Below are positions 51,495 through 64,000 of a stretch of DNA of 64,000 nucleotides, piece by piece. The DNA lies in the NCBI RefSeq assembly GCF_018350175.1, contig NC_058368.1, positions 31,374,001 through 31,438,000 on the forward strand. The letters run 5' to 3'. Origin of the DNA: Felis catus. Lineage: Eukaryota. The notes beneath the pieces are model-generated. The model was not told the DNA's origin and searched no databases. It was given only the letters and a program-made list of their open reading frames with translations. The position numbers were made by a program, and so were the translations under genes. Each line of letters opens with the position of its first letter. The first letter of the stretch is position 1.

Positions 51495-52140
51495 CCTTTT
51501 TAAATTGAAAGATGACATATCTACATAAAAGTGTGCAAATGGTAAATGTGCAGCTCAGAGAATTTTTTACAAAATGAAATCTTGAATGTAACTACCATCC
51601 CCCTCTGGAGGTAGAACATCATCAGCACTCCAGAAGCTCCCTCATAGGTAACCCACCAAAGTGACTTCTATTACCTTAGATTAGATTTTATTTTCTGAAT
51701 TCAATATAATGTAGTGGATCAGCATTGACTCTTTTCTCTCTGGTTTATTATTGCTTTTAAAATCGTATCGGTGAGTTAACTAGTATTAACCCATAAGACA
51801 GCTGTTTGTTCATTCTCCTTGCTGTAGTGTCGCATCCTGTGCTTACCCTACAATTCATTTATCCATTCTGCTGGATGAAAATTTGCATTTCTTCCAGTTC
51901 GGCTTATTATATGAACATGTCGCTATGAAATTCTTGTATGTGCCCACATCTCAGGACCACAACCACATGTGTTTCTGTGGCACTGTCATGGGCACATTCA
52001 GATTTCGCAGACACTACCAAACTTTCCCTACGTGGTTGTTCCTATTCACATGCCTGCCTACAGAGTGTGAGTGTTATAGGTGCTCTGATTCTCACCGGCG
52101 CATCCTATATTTCATATCTCTCTTGAATGTCTCCATTTGT
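51495..52140 (-). mobile_element. Old LINE-1 3' end (L1MC/MD/ME-like)
   Basis: aaagtgtgcaaatggtaaatgtgcagctc; caattcatttatccattctgctggatgaaaatttgcatttcttccagtt. Confidence 0.75.
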
Positions 52141-54614
52141 AAAATATTTAACGAGACTTTGTCTCATGAAACATTTGATCCTTAACTTTAAAAAATATTG
52201 TTGTCTCCTTTTAATTGTTTACAGCACCAGTGTTGATTTCTCAGGACGTGATCATAATTGTAAACAAGGCCTGTCAAGACCTGTGATGATATTTTTCAGA
52301 CCGCTTCTTAAATCAATTCCTTCATGTTGAAGCATATTAATCAGCTACCTTATGCTTTACTTTTAGATAGAAAAATTGTAATCTCAAATAATTTGAAACA
52401 GTGAGAGAGTATAATTTCTAAGCCCCCAGAGGTGAGTCAGCCAAACCTGAGGTTGGAATGACAAGCACATCAGTGAATGATAAAAACCAGCTGCCAGACG
52501 TTTTTATATGCAAGTCATTCAGTGAGATATCAAAACGTGGAAAATATAATGCTCGTCCCAACATTTCTTGTTGAATTAATGCCCAGGTGAGTTCTTCTGA
52601 AATAGTGCAGTTGTATCTTAGCAAAAACAAGAAGCAGTAAAGCATCATACTTATTAGGATCCAATTTGCCACAGCACCAGTCAAGTGCTTCAATCTCTCC
52701 CAGTGGTGACGGGAAGGGAAAAGCAGGAATAGAGAAATTTAAATTAAATTCATAGTGCAGTGCACATGTGGAATTCAATATTGACAGTTCTAATTATACC
52801 TACCTTGCCATCACAAGTTTATTAAATGAGAGTAAAGGATTAAAAATTACTCTACACATTCATAATAACAATATGCAATCCTTTCCTATTGCAGGTCTCA
52901 TCTCTCTTCCTCTAATTTAACGCATTCATGATGGAGATGTTTGGGGTTTTGGAAGGAGAGTATTTATTAGTTCTTCAACACATGCACAGCACACAGATAT
53001 GCCCACACACAATTGGGAATTCATGTTACCTTGAGATATACTATTTGAATTGTGGTCAACATAAAATGTCAGATTCAGATATCTGAAACAATACCTATTT
53101 GAATTTCCACAAACTCTTCAGTGTAAAAACCACTCATTAGACTTCTAGGTTCTAAACATGTCTAACTTGTGGTTGATGATAAAATTATTAATTATATAAA
53201 ATCACATTTTGTCATCTTGCTTTGCTATCTGAAGAATAATATCAGAAGCTGTTATTTCCTTGTTCATGGATGGAAGAAATCTATCACTACTTCACCTACC
53301 ACAACTCTTCAGGCTTGAAGTTGCCATATATTTTATGGTAATATTTATCTGTTTACCAATAAATCATAACAAGGTTTCTGCCCAACATGAGGTATTCCAG
53401 CAAGGTAACTTCAAAGCAGAAAAGTAGATACTACTTACTAGGACCACATGAGAAACACGAGAAACATGGGAAACATGAGAAAAAGACATTAACAGATATA
53501 GGCAACTTTTCATGTAGCAAAAAGAGCAAAGGACTTGTTTTATCCTTAGCATTTATATATATCATTTGTCAGGCATAAAATAAGAAGGGGATGTGTGAAA
53601 TTGCACCATGCTTCTACAAAAGACTTCAGCATTTTAAGTTAGGAAAAATATTCAAAATTTTAATTAACATAGAAAATGTCTTGTCAAGTTCTGTGGTTTC
53701 ATTCTTAAAGAAAAAAGAAAGTGTATATGATGAATATCTTTTTCTTTATGTGATGGACCCAATTAAACAATTTGGTATGTAAGTCACTTAGGGAAACTTT
53801 AACTCTTTCATAGAACTTTTATGGATGACTGGTGCAGGGTACTATATGCCTCCTTTAGTTCCCTCAAAGGATAAATTCATTATCTTCAATATTTAACTAA
53901 AAGCCAAGGGAATAACTTAGAAGTACAGAAAATTGACCATTACCACATGTACCAGAAAATTGTTCAAATTGTACTGTCTTAAGATTTTTTTCTCTAAATT
54001 GAAACATAGTCAAATAGTAGAGGAATATTTTTATATGTGTATGTGTGCACACATGTGTTTACGTGGAGTAGACAGAAACAAGAAACTACATTTTTGAAAG
54101 TTTTTTGCTTATACCAATGGCATCAGACTGTAGAAAATCTTGACAAACTTCTCAAATCTAAAAATCCTCTATGGAAAGTTCTATAATGGCTTTGTATCCA
54201 ATAGGAAAGATTATTACTGATGCTAAGGAAATAACTTGCAAATGACATTTGGTTATGATAATCATGGTAACCTTTTGGTGGCTACACAATACACTTTAAC
54301 TTTGAAATTAGATCTATCCATATGCTAAAATCCTTATTAAATGATTGGAAGATCTGAGTCTTGATTATGGTTTATTAAACCAAACCAGTCTTTTGGCCTT
54401 TGGTCTTTTGCTTCTGTAACTTACTATAAATTGACACTTTTATGTTAGACTGTTTATAAAACACCTTCTAGCTCTACGATTCTTGGAATGCATTTAATAA
54501 GTATTGAGGACTTCTAACATACTCCAGAATCTTGTGCAATGACATTTGGAGGATACAGAGGAAGTAGAGTTTGGAATCTCTGCTTTTAGGGAGCTTAAAA
54601 ATCCATTGTTTAAG

Positions 54615-55020
54615 TTTAATAAGTATTTATTAAGCATCATCTCTCTGCCAGACACAGTACTAGGTGGCATATTTGAAGCAGTGAACAACACAGATCCAGT
54701 CTCTGCTTCCAATAGCTTCTAGGAAAGGTAGATGATTAAATTCATACTTACGACCAATTTCAATTAGTGTTATGATAGAAAAATGCAGACAGCTTTAGGG
54801 ACACATATTTCAGGAGATCTAAGTAGTGTAGAAGGTCAGAGAATGCCTTATGGAAGTTGTAACCTTTTGACTGCAACCTAAAGACTGAAAAGGTGCCAGT
54901 CATTTCAATAGGAGGGAAAAGTCTTTTCCAGCAGAAGGGACCATGTAAACAAATTCTAGATGGTAAGAGAGAACAGTGATCATTTGAGGAAATAAGGTTA
55001 GCAGAATGGTGCACAGTGTC
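54615..55020 (-). mobile_element. LINE-2 3' end
   Basis: aataagtatttattaagcatc...tgccagacacagtactagg...gcagtgaacaacacagatccagtctctgc. Confidence 0.7.
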
Positions 55021-55959
55021 TGAGATAAAAAGACACGATTAACGCTTTCAAAACAGCACTGAAAAATCTAAGGTGGCATATACTAGGTATTAATTTGGTC
55101 AGTACAACTCCAAATATCAAGGAAGAGTTTGATGTACTGCTTTCAAAAAGAAGCTTGCCATACCCAATAGAAGAGCATTTTTTGATTTCCTAACTCTATA
55201 AAAAAATGAGTTAGAAGGAAAGCAGGGGAGTATTTTAGATGAGGAATATTAAACAAAACATGCAAGTGTGAATATTTTTATTTTCGATATTTTATATATC
55301 AATAAAAATCAAAGAGTAATTTGCCTGATTTTTAATAGCACTTTGTCAAAAAAAAAGTGTCAAACTATCAGTTGTATCTTTGGCCTTTTAAGAAATTAAG
55401 ATACTTGCATATGTTTATGGGGATGAGCTTTGAAAATGAGCAAACAACTCATTTCCCCACAATTCTTAGAAAATTCATAGCACTCATCTTCTTAGTTTGT
55501 CCTAAAGATTGCCACATACCCTACAATTTCCTTTTGTCTTCACACCAGACATCATTTATTATTGAACATAGCATCTCAACAGGTGTGATAGTACTTCAGA
55601 GTAAAATGAATAATTATGATTGATGTTAGTGTACTGGAGTAAATGTGTTTATATTTGAAGTGCCCACATATTATTTTTTTGGTTTCCTCTCTATTACCTA
55701 TCAAGCACATAAAACAGTCTCTTTCTGTAGAAAATGGAAAAACATAAAAACTGGAAACTTTGGGACACAGTATTTCAACAGGTTAAAAACACATAAATTT
55801 TTAGAAAATGAGTATAATAAATCATTAATGTCCTCATGGAAACAATAAAGATTTTAAGTTCTAGTTCAAATTTACTATATATACTACCTTCAAATAAACA
55901 TGTGAAAATGGTGCTTAGAGAAATAATATATCATTTGATTGATGTAAAACCAAGGCATA

Positions 55960-56160
55960 TTTGTTCTGTCTGTTCTATGTACCAGATTTTACCACTATTA
56001 TTATCTACACCACCACTACGGGTAACATTATCATTATCAGTTTATAAAGTGAAGAATCTGGCTTCAAAGACAAGAAAAATATCAAGGCCATGATGCTCAA
56101 AATGTGGGGAAGTGGAACCCCAAATGAAACTTTTGACTCCAAATATCACGCTTTTTCCAT
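55960..56160 (-). mobile_element. MIR relic
   Basis: ctatgtaccaga...cattatcattatcagtttataaagtgaagaatctggcttcaaag...tgactccaaa. Confidence 0.55.
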
Positions 56161-57239
56161 TATTAAAATATACATTTCAGTAATTGGTGGTACCCACAGA
56201 TGATGTTTTGGCAAGTGGAATGTATAAGAAAAGGTAGGCAAAATGAAAACCAGAAAACTAGCATGGTTTGATTTTCTAAAGAAGTAAATTTTGCTCCCAT
56301 ATAGGTTTGTTTCTTATTTTGACATTAGCTAGATTGGGCTATGTTATTTTCCTAAAGATGTATGACCTAAATATTTCTCATAATTCATTGCTGTTGAGAT
56401 CTGATCATTGCTGTTGAAACTGGAAAATGATGAACCTCTGGAGCATCAAGATTTATGAAGGGTGGTGAAGGATGAAGTGTCTACCATTTGTGGTGCAATG
56501 GTGCAAAATTATAAGATGGTTATTAATTTATAAACTAGGTTATGCACTTTGAATTGTTGTTCAAGGTAAAGTGCAGTTGGATTTCAGAAGAACTGGAGAT
56601 GAGTGACAATAGGAGGAAAAGATACAGAGACGTTGCTATTGGAGAGCAAGAAGGGAAGCCAGCATAACATTCTGTCATGGAAACCAGGGCAGTCACCATG
56701 CAAGAGCTATGCAAAGGCCACTCACTTCCCTTTTGTTATTTGCCTTCTTATATTCCAGATGGAAAGCTCAACTGTCCAACATTCCCTGTTGCTAGAGATG
56801 GACATAGATAGAGTACTGTCCAATATCATCTAGATAAAAGTACATGGATAAGATGAAACTTCTCAAATTTAAAGGAAAATGTACTCAAGTGTAAGAATTT
56901 TTATCCTTCATCCTTCTCCTATTGAGAAGGGTACATGACACTGAAGACGCAATATCCATTTTGAAACCAGCAAAGGCATAAGAAAGCAACTACAGGCCTA
57001 CATACATAAGTAGGTGATTGAGTGGAAAAGCAGAATGAGCATAAATCTTGACTATATTACTGCATTTCTATACCATCTTTTGAATATTTATCTTGAGATT
57101 TCTTTTGAGTGGGACAAGTACAGAATTCACTTGTTTATATTAATGTTTATTGAGTTAGCCATAACTTTTGCCAAATACACTTACCATTGATGAACAAACA
57201 TACATACAACAGATTGTAGATTAGTAATGAAAATGAATA

Positions 57240-57420
57240 CTATTTATCAAATGCCTAGTATGGGCTAATAAGTATCAGTGTTATTTGTATGTGTTACTTT
57301 AAATCCTTTAAGTTTCTTTAAAGCCTATGATGAAATAACCATTAGCAAATCCATGACGAAGCTCAGAGAAATCAACTTGCCCAAATGACTAAAACTGGTC
57401 AATATTAAAAGTAGATTATA
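57240..57420 (-). mobile_element. MIR relic
   Basis: tatttatcaaatgcctagtatg...gaagctcagagaaatcaacttgcccaa. Confidence 0.5.
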
Positions 57421-57618
57421 TAACTCCCTGTCTGAGATGAAACAACACTATTTAATCAAATAGGCACAGTGTTTTAAGAAAGAGAGAGAGACAGAGAGAG
57501 GAAGGAGAGAAGGAGGAGTTTTAAGAAGGAATGAATTTGAACATGCTAGAATGTGGATAGAAGCTAACAAAGATGGGAAATGAGAAAAGGCCACCCATTC
57601 TATTAGTCAATAAGTTAG

Positions 57619-57865
57619 TGTTATGGACTAAATATTTGTGTACTCCAAAATTTGTCCACTGAAAGCCTACTCTTCAAGGTTATAATATTAGGAGGTGGGG
57701 ACTTTAGGAGATAATTAAGATTAGGTGAGATTTAAAGGGTAGAGCCCTCATTAACGAGACTAGAGCTCTATAGGAGTCAGGAGAGAGATCTCTGCTCTCT
57801 CCAATGTGAAGCTGCAAGGAGAAGTTGGCAGTTTGTAACCCTGAAAAGGGTTCTCATCGGAATTC
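57619..57865 (+). mobile_element. MaLR LTR 5' part (MLT1A/MST-like)
   Basis: tgttatggactaaatatttgtgtactccaaaattt...attaggaggtggggactttaggagataattaagattag...gagccctcat. Confidence 0.75.
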
Positions 57866-59934
57866 CATTCTACCATTATAGATTTGTTGGGGGGTAGAAT
57901 GACAGTTTTACAAAATTGACTTTTCTCATCCATATATCCCTGTGGCTATATTTATTCATATTTTTTTATGTCTATCAATAAATTTATAGTATTATTTTTA
58001 AGAATATTGTACATTTATTATTTAGCTTGCACCTAGTACATATAAGTGTGCTGCTTTTGTAAGTGTGATCCATTATGTTTAATATTATATTTTTAATTTT
58101 TATTTCTGTTGAATAAGAAAAATATTGATTTTTTTAATGTGAGAACTAATGTATACCTTGCCATACTATACCAAAAAATATAATACTTCTTAATGTTTGA
58201 CCATAACTATTACTACACAACCTTTGCACTAATTTTTTGTCCTCAGATCAACATTATCTGTTGTAGCACATAAATGATCTCTTTTAATTTAAAAAACAAA
58301 CTTATAAGTATGATCATCCTCATTTTATAGATAAGAACATTAAGTCACTAAAAATTTAAGAGTTTTCAAGTTCACAAAGTGCATAAAGATCCTTTTTAGG
58401 GTTTGTATCCAAGTTTCCCTAAGTTCCTAACCTGCATCTTACACATTCTAAAAGACCGTTAACCAAAATGGCAATCTCTCTGGTAGACAGAATAACACCA
58501 ACTAGTCCCCTAGAGTAGGAAAAGGCAAAAGAAAGTGGATATGGCCACATGCTCCCATGCTCCCACATTCCCCGTCTCTGTTGCTGGGGAGTCTACAGCC
58601 AAATGACCAGGCAACTGAAGATGTGAGATTTCAAAGAAGCAATCACTGATTATTCTACTGAAAATACGTAGAACATTCAATCATGAAATTAAATGAACTA
58701 CTTCAGCACTTTTGATTTGTTTCTAAATCATATTTTGATCCATGCTTCCTGTTTTTATTTCAACTGCTTATGGAATCTCACTCAGCAGAGTGGACCATAC
58801 TAATATGGACTCAATTACACTGCAGTCCTAAAACGATACAGGTGTATAAATTAAACCTAAAGAAAGTTTTCAAATTCTTACCATATACTGAAATGCTGAA
58901 GCATCTCCTTGAGAAATTCAGGATTAGTTTCCATTTTTTCTAGCCCCTCTTTGAAGCACGGTATTTTCAAAAGATTTAAACTTAATGGAGTATTTCTGCA
59001 AAAGTTCATGACCACAAGGAGAAACTCATTCATCACTACTTATTGTGTGTCGCTCTCATAAAACAAGTTTAGAACAGACTTCGGATTTCAGAAGACACCT
59101 TCAGATTTCCCTGAAGTCTGAACACAGAGATGAAGACTCAGCTGAATCACCTCTTACCTTATAGTGAAGCAATACAGCAGTAATAGCCAAGTAAGAGATG
59201 GGTTATCCTCTCCCATGCAAATAAATGCATTATCATTGCATTGATAAATGTATTCTATGGCTACAAAAAAAAATTGTCCAGTTTACAAGTAATTGAAGTA
59301 ATTGCATGTGTTCACTAGAATATTTTATTTTTAATATTTATTTTGCTTTTGCTCTGCTGTCATTTCTCCCTAATAAACTAAGAAATGTAACTTGGATACA
59401 ATTAGAAATTAATAAATTCATTAAATCCATTTGGTTAATTCATCTTCTTGTGCTGTTAGGTCAATTTGTTGTTTTCAGTGCTGCAATATATGATAAAAGT
59501 TTATGTAGTGGAATTTGATTAATACAAAATATTTCAAGGTAGCTAACTGAAAATTTCTTTAGTCTAGACTTCAAATATATTTACACAATTGAGAAAAAAC
59601 AAGCATACATACCTGATATTTTTCTAATTTAACAAAAGAAAAACTTTTTTTTTCAAAAGCTTAGCCCTTCTACCAAATAATTGAAAAGCAGTTCTTGAAG
59701 AGAAAAAATAAACTCACCAGGCTAGTGTTTTGCCTGATAACAATATGGGCACAATTTCTGTTTTATTATGTGTCTTCCCCAGTGTAACTACTCATTTCAA
59801 CTTACTGGTTGTCCTTTAGACAATCACAGATGTACATATAAGCACAGACATTTGTAAATATGACACACTCTCCCTTTAATACAAATGTAGACATAATATG
59901 CATGCTGATTATCACTTTACATTTCATATTAGTA

Positions 59935-61040
59935 TTTTTAATCATTAAATACTGCATAGAAAGTGTATAAAATATTAATGTAAAGAAAGAATTATTATAA
60001 CATGAACCACAATGTAATCACTACCAAATTCAATAAATACAACACTGCTTTCATACAAGTCTGCACAAACGTATACATGGTCCCTGAAAATGACAATCTA
60101 TACCTTTCTATTGCTATCACAAAGCTGAATTTTATGGTGTTCTTTATTTTCTCCTTTGTTTTTATTACTAATATATGATAGCTAAATGCTATAGTTCAGT
60201 TTTGCCTATGTTTGAATTTTATTAAAAGTATTTTTGGTGTCTTTTTTATTTGGTTCAAAAGTATTTCAAATACAAGCATATTGTATGTAGCTATAGTACA
60301 TTTATTTCCTTTGCTGTTTGATGTTCTGTCACATAACAGAACACAATTTATTAACTCATAGTTCATTCATTTCCTTTGCTGTTTGGTGTTCTGTTACATA
60401 ACAGAACACAATTTATTTACTCATATCTTGGTTGACAGAAATTAGAATGGTTTCTAAGATTGACATGGACAGTATGTAATACTGCTCTGTATGTTGCATT
60501 TTTAAATTATACACTTTGTAGCTCTTTTCATATTTGTGTGTGTCATATGTATGTTATCACATGTATAATAAATACATCTATATTGTATATATACATACCA
60601 TATATACATATATAAACATGAGGCATACTTATGTACATTTTATATATGTGTATATGCACACTCTCTCTCTCTCACACACATACACACTCTAATACATATT
60701 TCTTTTAAATGGCTGCATGGTTACCATTTTGTGGAGGTAAAATGTTTTTAACGTTTTTTTTACTGAAGAACATTTACTTTGTGTTTAGTCTTTTGGTATT
60801 ACAAATAATTTTATCCTATATCCTACTACATTTGTCTTTACACACATATACAATGTATCTGGAAAACAAATATCCAGTAATGGAATTTTTGATTCAAATA
60901 ATGGAATATAGACTTCTTAATGAATATTGTTATTTTTTTTCAAAAGAAATTAAATGAATGAATGCTCTTTTGTACCACATTTAACATATTCCATTAATTT
61001 TTTTAACTCAGTCAGTATTTCAATAGTTTTAATACCTATT
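59935..61040 (-). mobile_element. Ancient LINE-1 3' end (L1ME-like)
   Basis: atagttcagttttgcctatgtttgaatttt; tgtagctatagt..atttcctttgctgt; cttttaaatggctgcatgg. Confidence 0.6.
60296..60425. repeat. Tandem duplication, two 65-bp units
   Basis: Copies 60296-60360 and 60361-60425 differ at 5 positions. Confidence 0.95.
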
Positions 61041-61717
61041 AGGTGCAGTTTGCTAGGTAAGAATATAGGATAGGCATTTTGGGTAGTGAAGATGTTGAAA
61101 GAATACCTTCTTCTGGTGATTGGATCTTATTGGAATAAATTAATAAATTCTAAGACTTTCTACTAGAGTCAAGCAGAGTCCATTTATTTATTGTTGAGAA
61201 GGCTTAATATTGATGAACCTACAGAGAAATGTCAATTGCCAGCCACCAGACTACAGATAAGTGGAGTATCTGCTTTGTGGTGGTGATGGCTTAACATTAA
61301 TGAGAAGAGGCAAGGAGATCATTATTTCAAAGGAAAGGTTTTAGAAATATTTACCCCTTTTCATTTTCCTTTAATCAAATCTTTTGTCATTTATGTCTAA
61401 GAATATGCATCAGCAAAAAAGACATTTGCACTGCCTGCCGAACCACACAAATTGAACTCGATCCAGACCAAATTTGGAAATAGGTGGTTTATCTTCAGAA
61501 CCTATCATTTTCCATGTCTTGTCTTCCATGTTCAGATTTTTCATCTCCTTAACTTCAGATTTTCAGGGGATCATGCTGCCCTCTAGCTGATTAAAAGAAT
61601 TTCTTCCTTGTCTTCATGGAGAGATTTATCTGTCACATGGTCCATTTGTTCAGACTCTAATGGACACTGATTAAGTACACTGATCCTTGCTGTAGCATCA
61701 ATGTATGATTATAAAAC

Positions 61718-61912
61718 TTTTTAAGTTTATTTATTTATTTGGAGAGAGAGAGAGTGCACGTGAGTGGGGAAAGGGCATAGAGAGAGGAAGAGAGAGAGAA
61801 AGGCTCTACACCATCAGCATGGAGTCCGATGTGGGGCTCAAAACCATGAACTGTAAGATCATTACCTGAGCTGAAGTTGGACACTGACCTCACTGAGCCA
61901 CCCAGGCACCCC
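61718..61912 (-). mobile_element. Can-SINE
   Basis: Poly-T, GA tract, ends gagccacccaggcacccc. Confidence 0.95.
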
Positions 61913-62000
61913 ATGGGTATAAATTATTGCACTATATCTCCCAAACATTTGCCTCAGATCATTAACCTCATGCTTTTTGTGTCCTGAAGATGAGTGTATC

Positions 62001-62216
62001 GGGGCGCCTGGGTGGCTCAGTCGGTTTAACGTCCGACTTCGGCTCAGGTCATGATCTCACGGTTGGTGAGTTCAAGCCCTGTGTCAGGCTTTGTGCTGAC
62101 AGCTCAGAGCCTGGAGCCTGCTTCTGATTCTGTGTCTCCCTCCCCTCAGCTCCTCCCCTGCTCACACTCTGTCTCTCTCTCAAAATAAATAAAGATTAAA
62201 AAAAATTAAAAAAAAA
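62001..62216 (+). mobile_element. Can-SINE
   Basis: Perfect TSD aagatgagtgtatc 61987-62000 / 62217-62230. Confidence 0.98.
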
Positions 62217-62933
62217 AAGATGAGTGTATCATCCTCTTGCATTGTCTTATCTACATTAAGAAAGCAGAATTTTCACAGACCAGTAGGCTTAACTGATTGT
62301 CAAAATATATATCTCAAAGGAACCTGCAAGAATAAGTAATAGTAAATTGTAGCTAAGATGAGAGAAGATGAAGGTCAAGCAGGAAAAGACCTTTTGGGCA
62401 AACAATTTTACATATCTCTGTAATGTATCTGCCATGTGCTGGATGTGAATAAAGTCTTGCATTTATTTAGAGTAAAGCTTAAATTTCCATAGGGATATTT
62501 TGTCATCAGAAAGAGCATCAATTGTGCTTTACTACATAATTAGCTTACTGTCTGTTAGGTTTGTTTTCAAATTGGCAGTAAAATAAGCAAATATACATAT
62601 TTTTCTTTAAAAGGTAGAAAACTTGAGACTGATTATGACAATAATAATCAGAAAAAATGAAATGAACCCTTACAGGAGTGTAGTAAGGTGAAAATAGTTT
62701 AACCAGAACCAATAAGGTGTTTTCAGTTAAGAACTAAGCTATGCTTTCACGAGAAGTAATAAAAAAAATTGGTTGATCACGAAGAAATATTAACACCAGT
62801 CAGTGGAAGATGCTACTAATCAATACCTATATTTCTCTATCTATAAGTTCAGAACAATATTGTGCTAAGGTTTTATCTGTAACCCAAATAATGAACAGTA
62901 AAAAAGTAATTACTAGATCTTACGACCATTCTT

Positions 62934-63132
62934 TTTTTTAATGTTTATTTTATTTTTGAGAGAGAGAGAGACAGAGTGTGAGTAGGGAAGGGGCAGAAAG
63001 ACAGGGGATCTGAAGTAGGTTCCAGGCTCTGAGCTGTCAGGACAGAGCCCGATGTGGGGCTCAAACCCACAACAGTGAGCTCATGATTTGAGCCGAAGTT
63101 GGTGCTTAACCAACTGAGCCACCCAGATACCC
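62934..63132 (-). mobile_element. Can-SINE
   Basis: TSD cttacgaccattctt 62919-62933 / cttaagaccattctt 63133-63147. Confidence 0.96.
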
Positions 63133-64000
63133 CTTAAGACCATTCTTAATAGACAAGTGAGTGAATAATCATCAGTGAGTGAGAAAGGCAAGCATGATTA
63201 ACATAATATTCCTGATTCTGGTCAGTATGAGTATCAGTAATTAAGAATATTCAAATGAAGTTATATTCTGCACTTTAGTTGTGTGGAATCTGTGTTCAAA
63301 ATAAACCTGTAGAATAGTGAAGGAGACATTTCCATCTTGGTTCTTTAGACTACATCTTTACCTGGGGAGGTAAAGTTATTATGAAAATTTGCTATCTTCT
63401 GAGACCTAAATTCTTTCCTCTTTCTTAAATTATTTGTAGAGCTAAATTCCGAGTCCAAACATTTACTTTCACTCCTGCTAATCTCATGAGCATAGCTGAG
63501 ACACCCCTGAAGTATGTTTTGTAAAGTAGAAATCATGGGACAGCAGCATTAAAGTAACATGAGAAGATTGATACGATGGCCTTGCCTGACAGCTCTGCTC
63601 TATTAGCAGAAGGTTCTCGAGATGGCAGGATAAAGCCCTCGGCAACATATGCTATGACAATCATGGTCATGACCTATTTCTGTTATTTCCTTTTTACATT
63701 GGCTTGCATTGTTAGCAATTTCCTATCCATCTATGAGATATCTCCAAGGCATTGCTAGGGCTCGGATTTCATATATAGAACTTAAAATAATGATACAAAA
63801 AGGAAAGGAAGAAAGAAAGAAGAAAATGGAAAAGAACAGTTAATTAATTTATAGAAGTGATGAAATGCATTAAAATGAAACATTTTTATTGCATGTATTT
63901 ATAAGAAATTTGGATCTTATATTCATTTCTCATTTGTTTCAACACTTTGACATGCCATTTTAGATGTCATCACCTGTCTCGGAGTTTCAAAATTTTCTCT

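Noticed and set aside
59075..59120. Hairpin cagacttcgg...ctgaagtctg
   Set aside because: Only a 10-bp stem including a G:U pair and a poorly paired interior; expected by chance in 64 kb.
59215..59222. Octamer motif ATGCAAAT (also at 20791 and 27128)
   Set aside because: Several occurrences are expected in AT-rich 64 kb and there is no supporting context.
63345..63536. Minus-strand ORF with donor-like CAG|gtaaag at 63362
   Set aside because: No convincing acceptor, peptide not recognised, donor only moderate.
1..64000. Host protein-coding genes among the listed ORFs
   Set aside because: All are 120 aa or shorter, many start at non-ATG codons, none resembles a protein I recognise except L1 ORF1/ORF2 fragments, and many are SINE or microsatellite read-throughs.
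1..64000. A novel multi-gene system (defence island, CRISPR-like array, operon)
   Set aside because: This is mammalian repeat-rich DNA with no gene cluster and no regular repeat-spacer array; the recurring ~200-bp units are dispersed Can-SINEs with individual TSDs.

Overview
AT-rich, CpG-depleted mammalian genomic DNA, almost certainly from a cat-family (Felidae) genome, judged from young SINEC_Fc-type Can-SINEs at 45973-46189 and 51015-51236. The window is intergenic or deep intronic. I found no recognisable host protein-coding gene, rRNA, true tRNA gene or CRISPR array. The ORF track is explained by chance ORFs, SINE read-throughs and decayed LINE-1 ORF1/ORF2 fragments. Content: 19 Can-SINEs (most with visible target-site duplications, TSDs), several LINE-1 copies of different ages, MaLR/ERVL/ERV1 solo LTRs, L2/MIR relics, hAT MITE relics and microsatellites. 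Repeat subfamily names come from my recollection of consensus sequences and old-repeat boundaries are approximate. The most notable structures are: (i) a TSD-bounded L1 whose ORF2 has an in-frame deletion removing EN and RT; (ii) a second, older L1 lacking RT; (iii) a twin-primed, 5'-inverted L1 with a nested SINE; (iv) a 34-bp-arm, near-perfect inverted repeat of pre-miRNA size; (v) poly(A)-only insertions and inverted SINE pairs. The sequence alone does not support a new multi-gene biological system.
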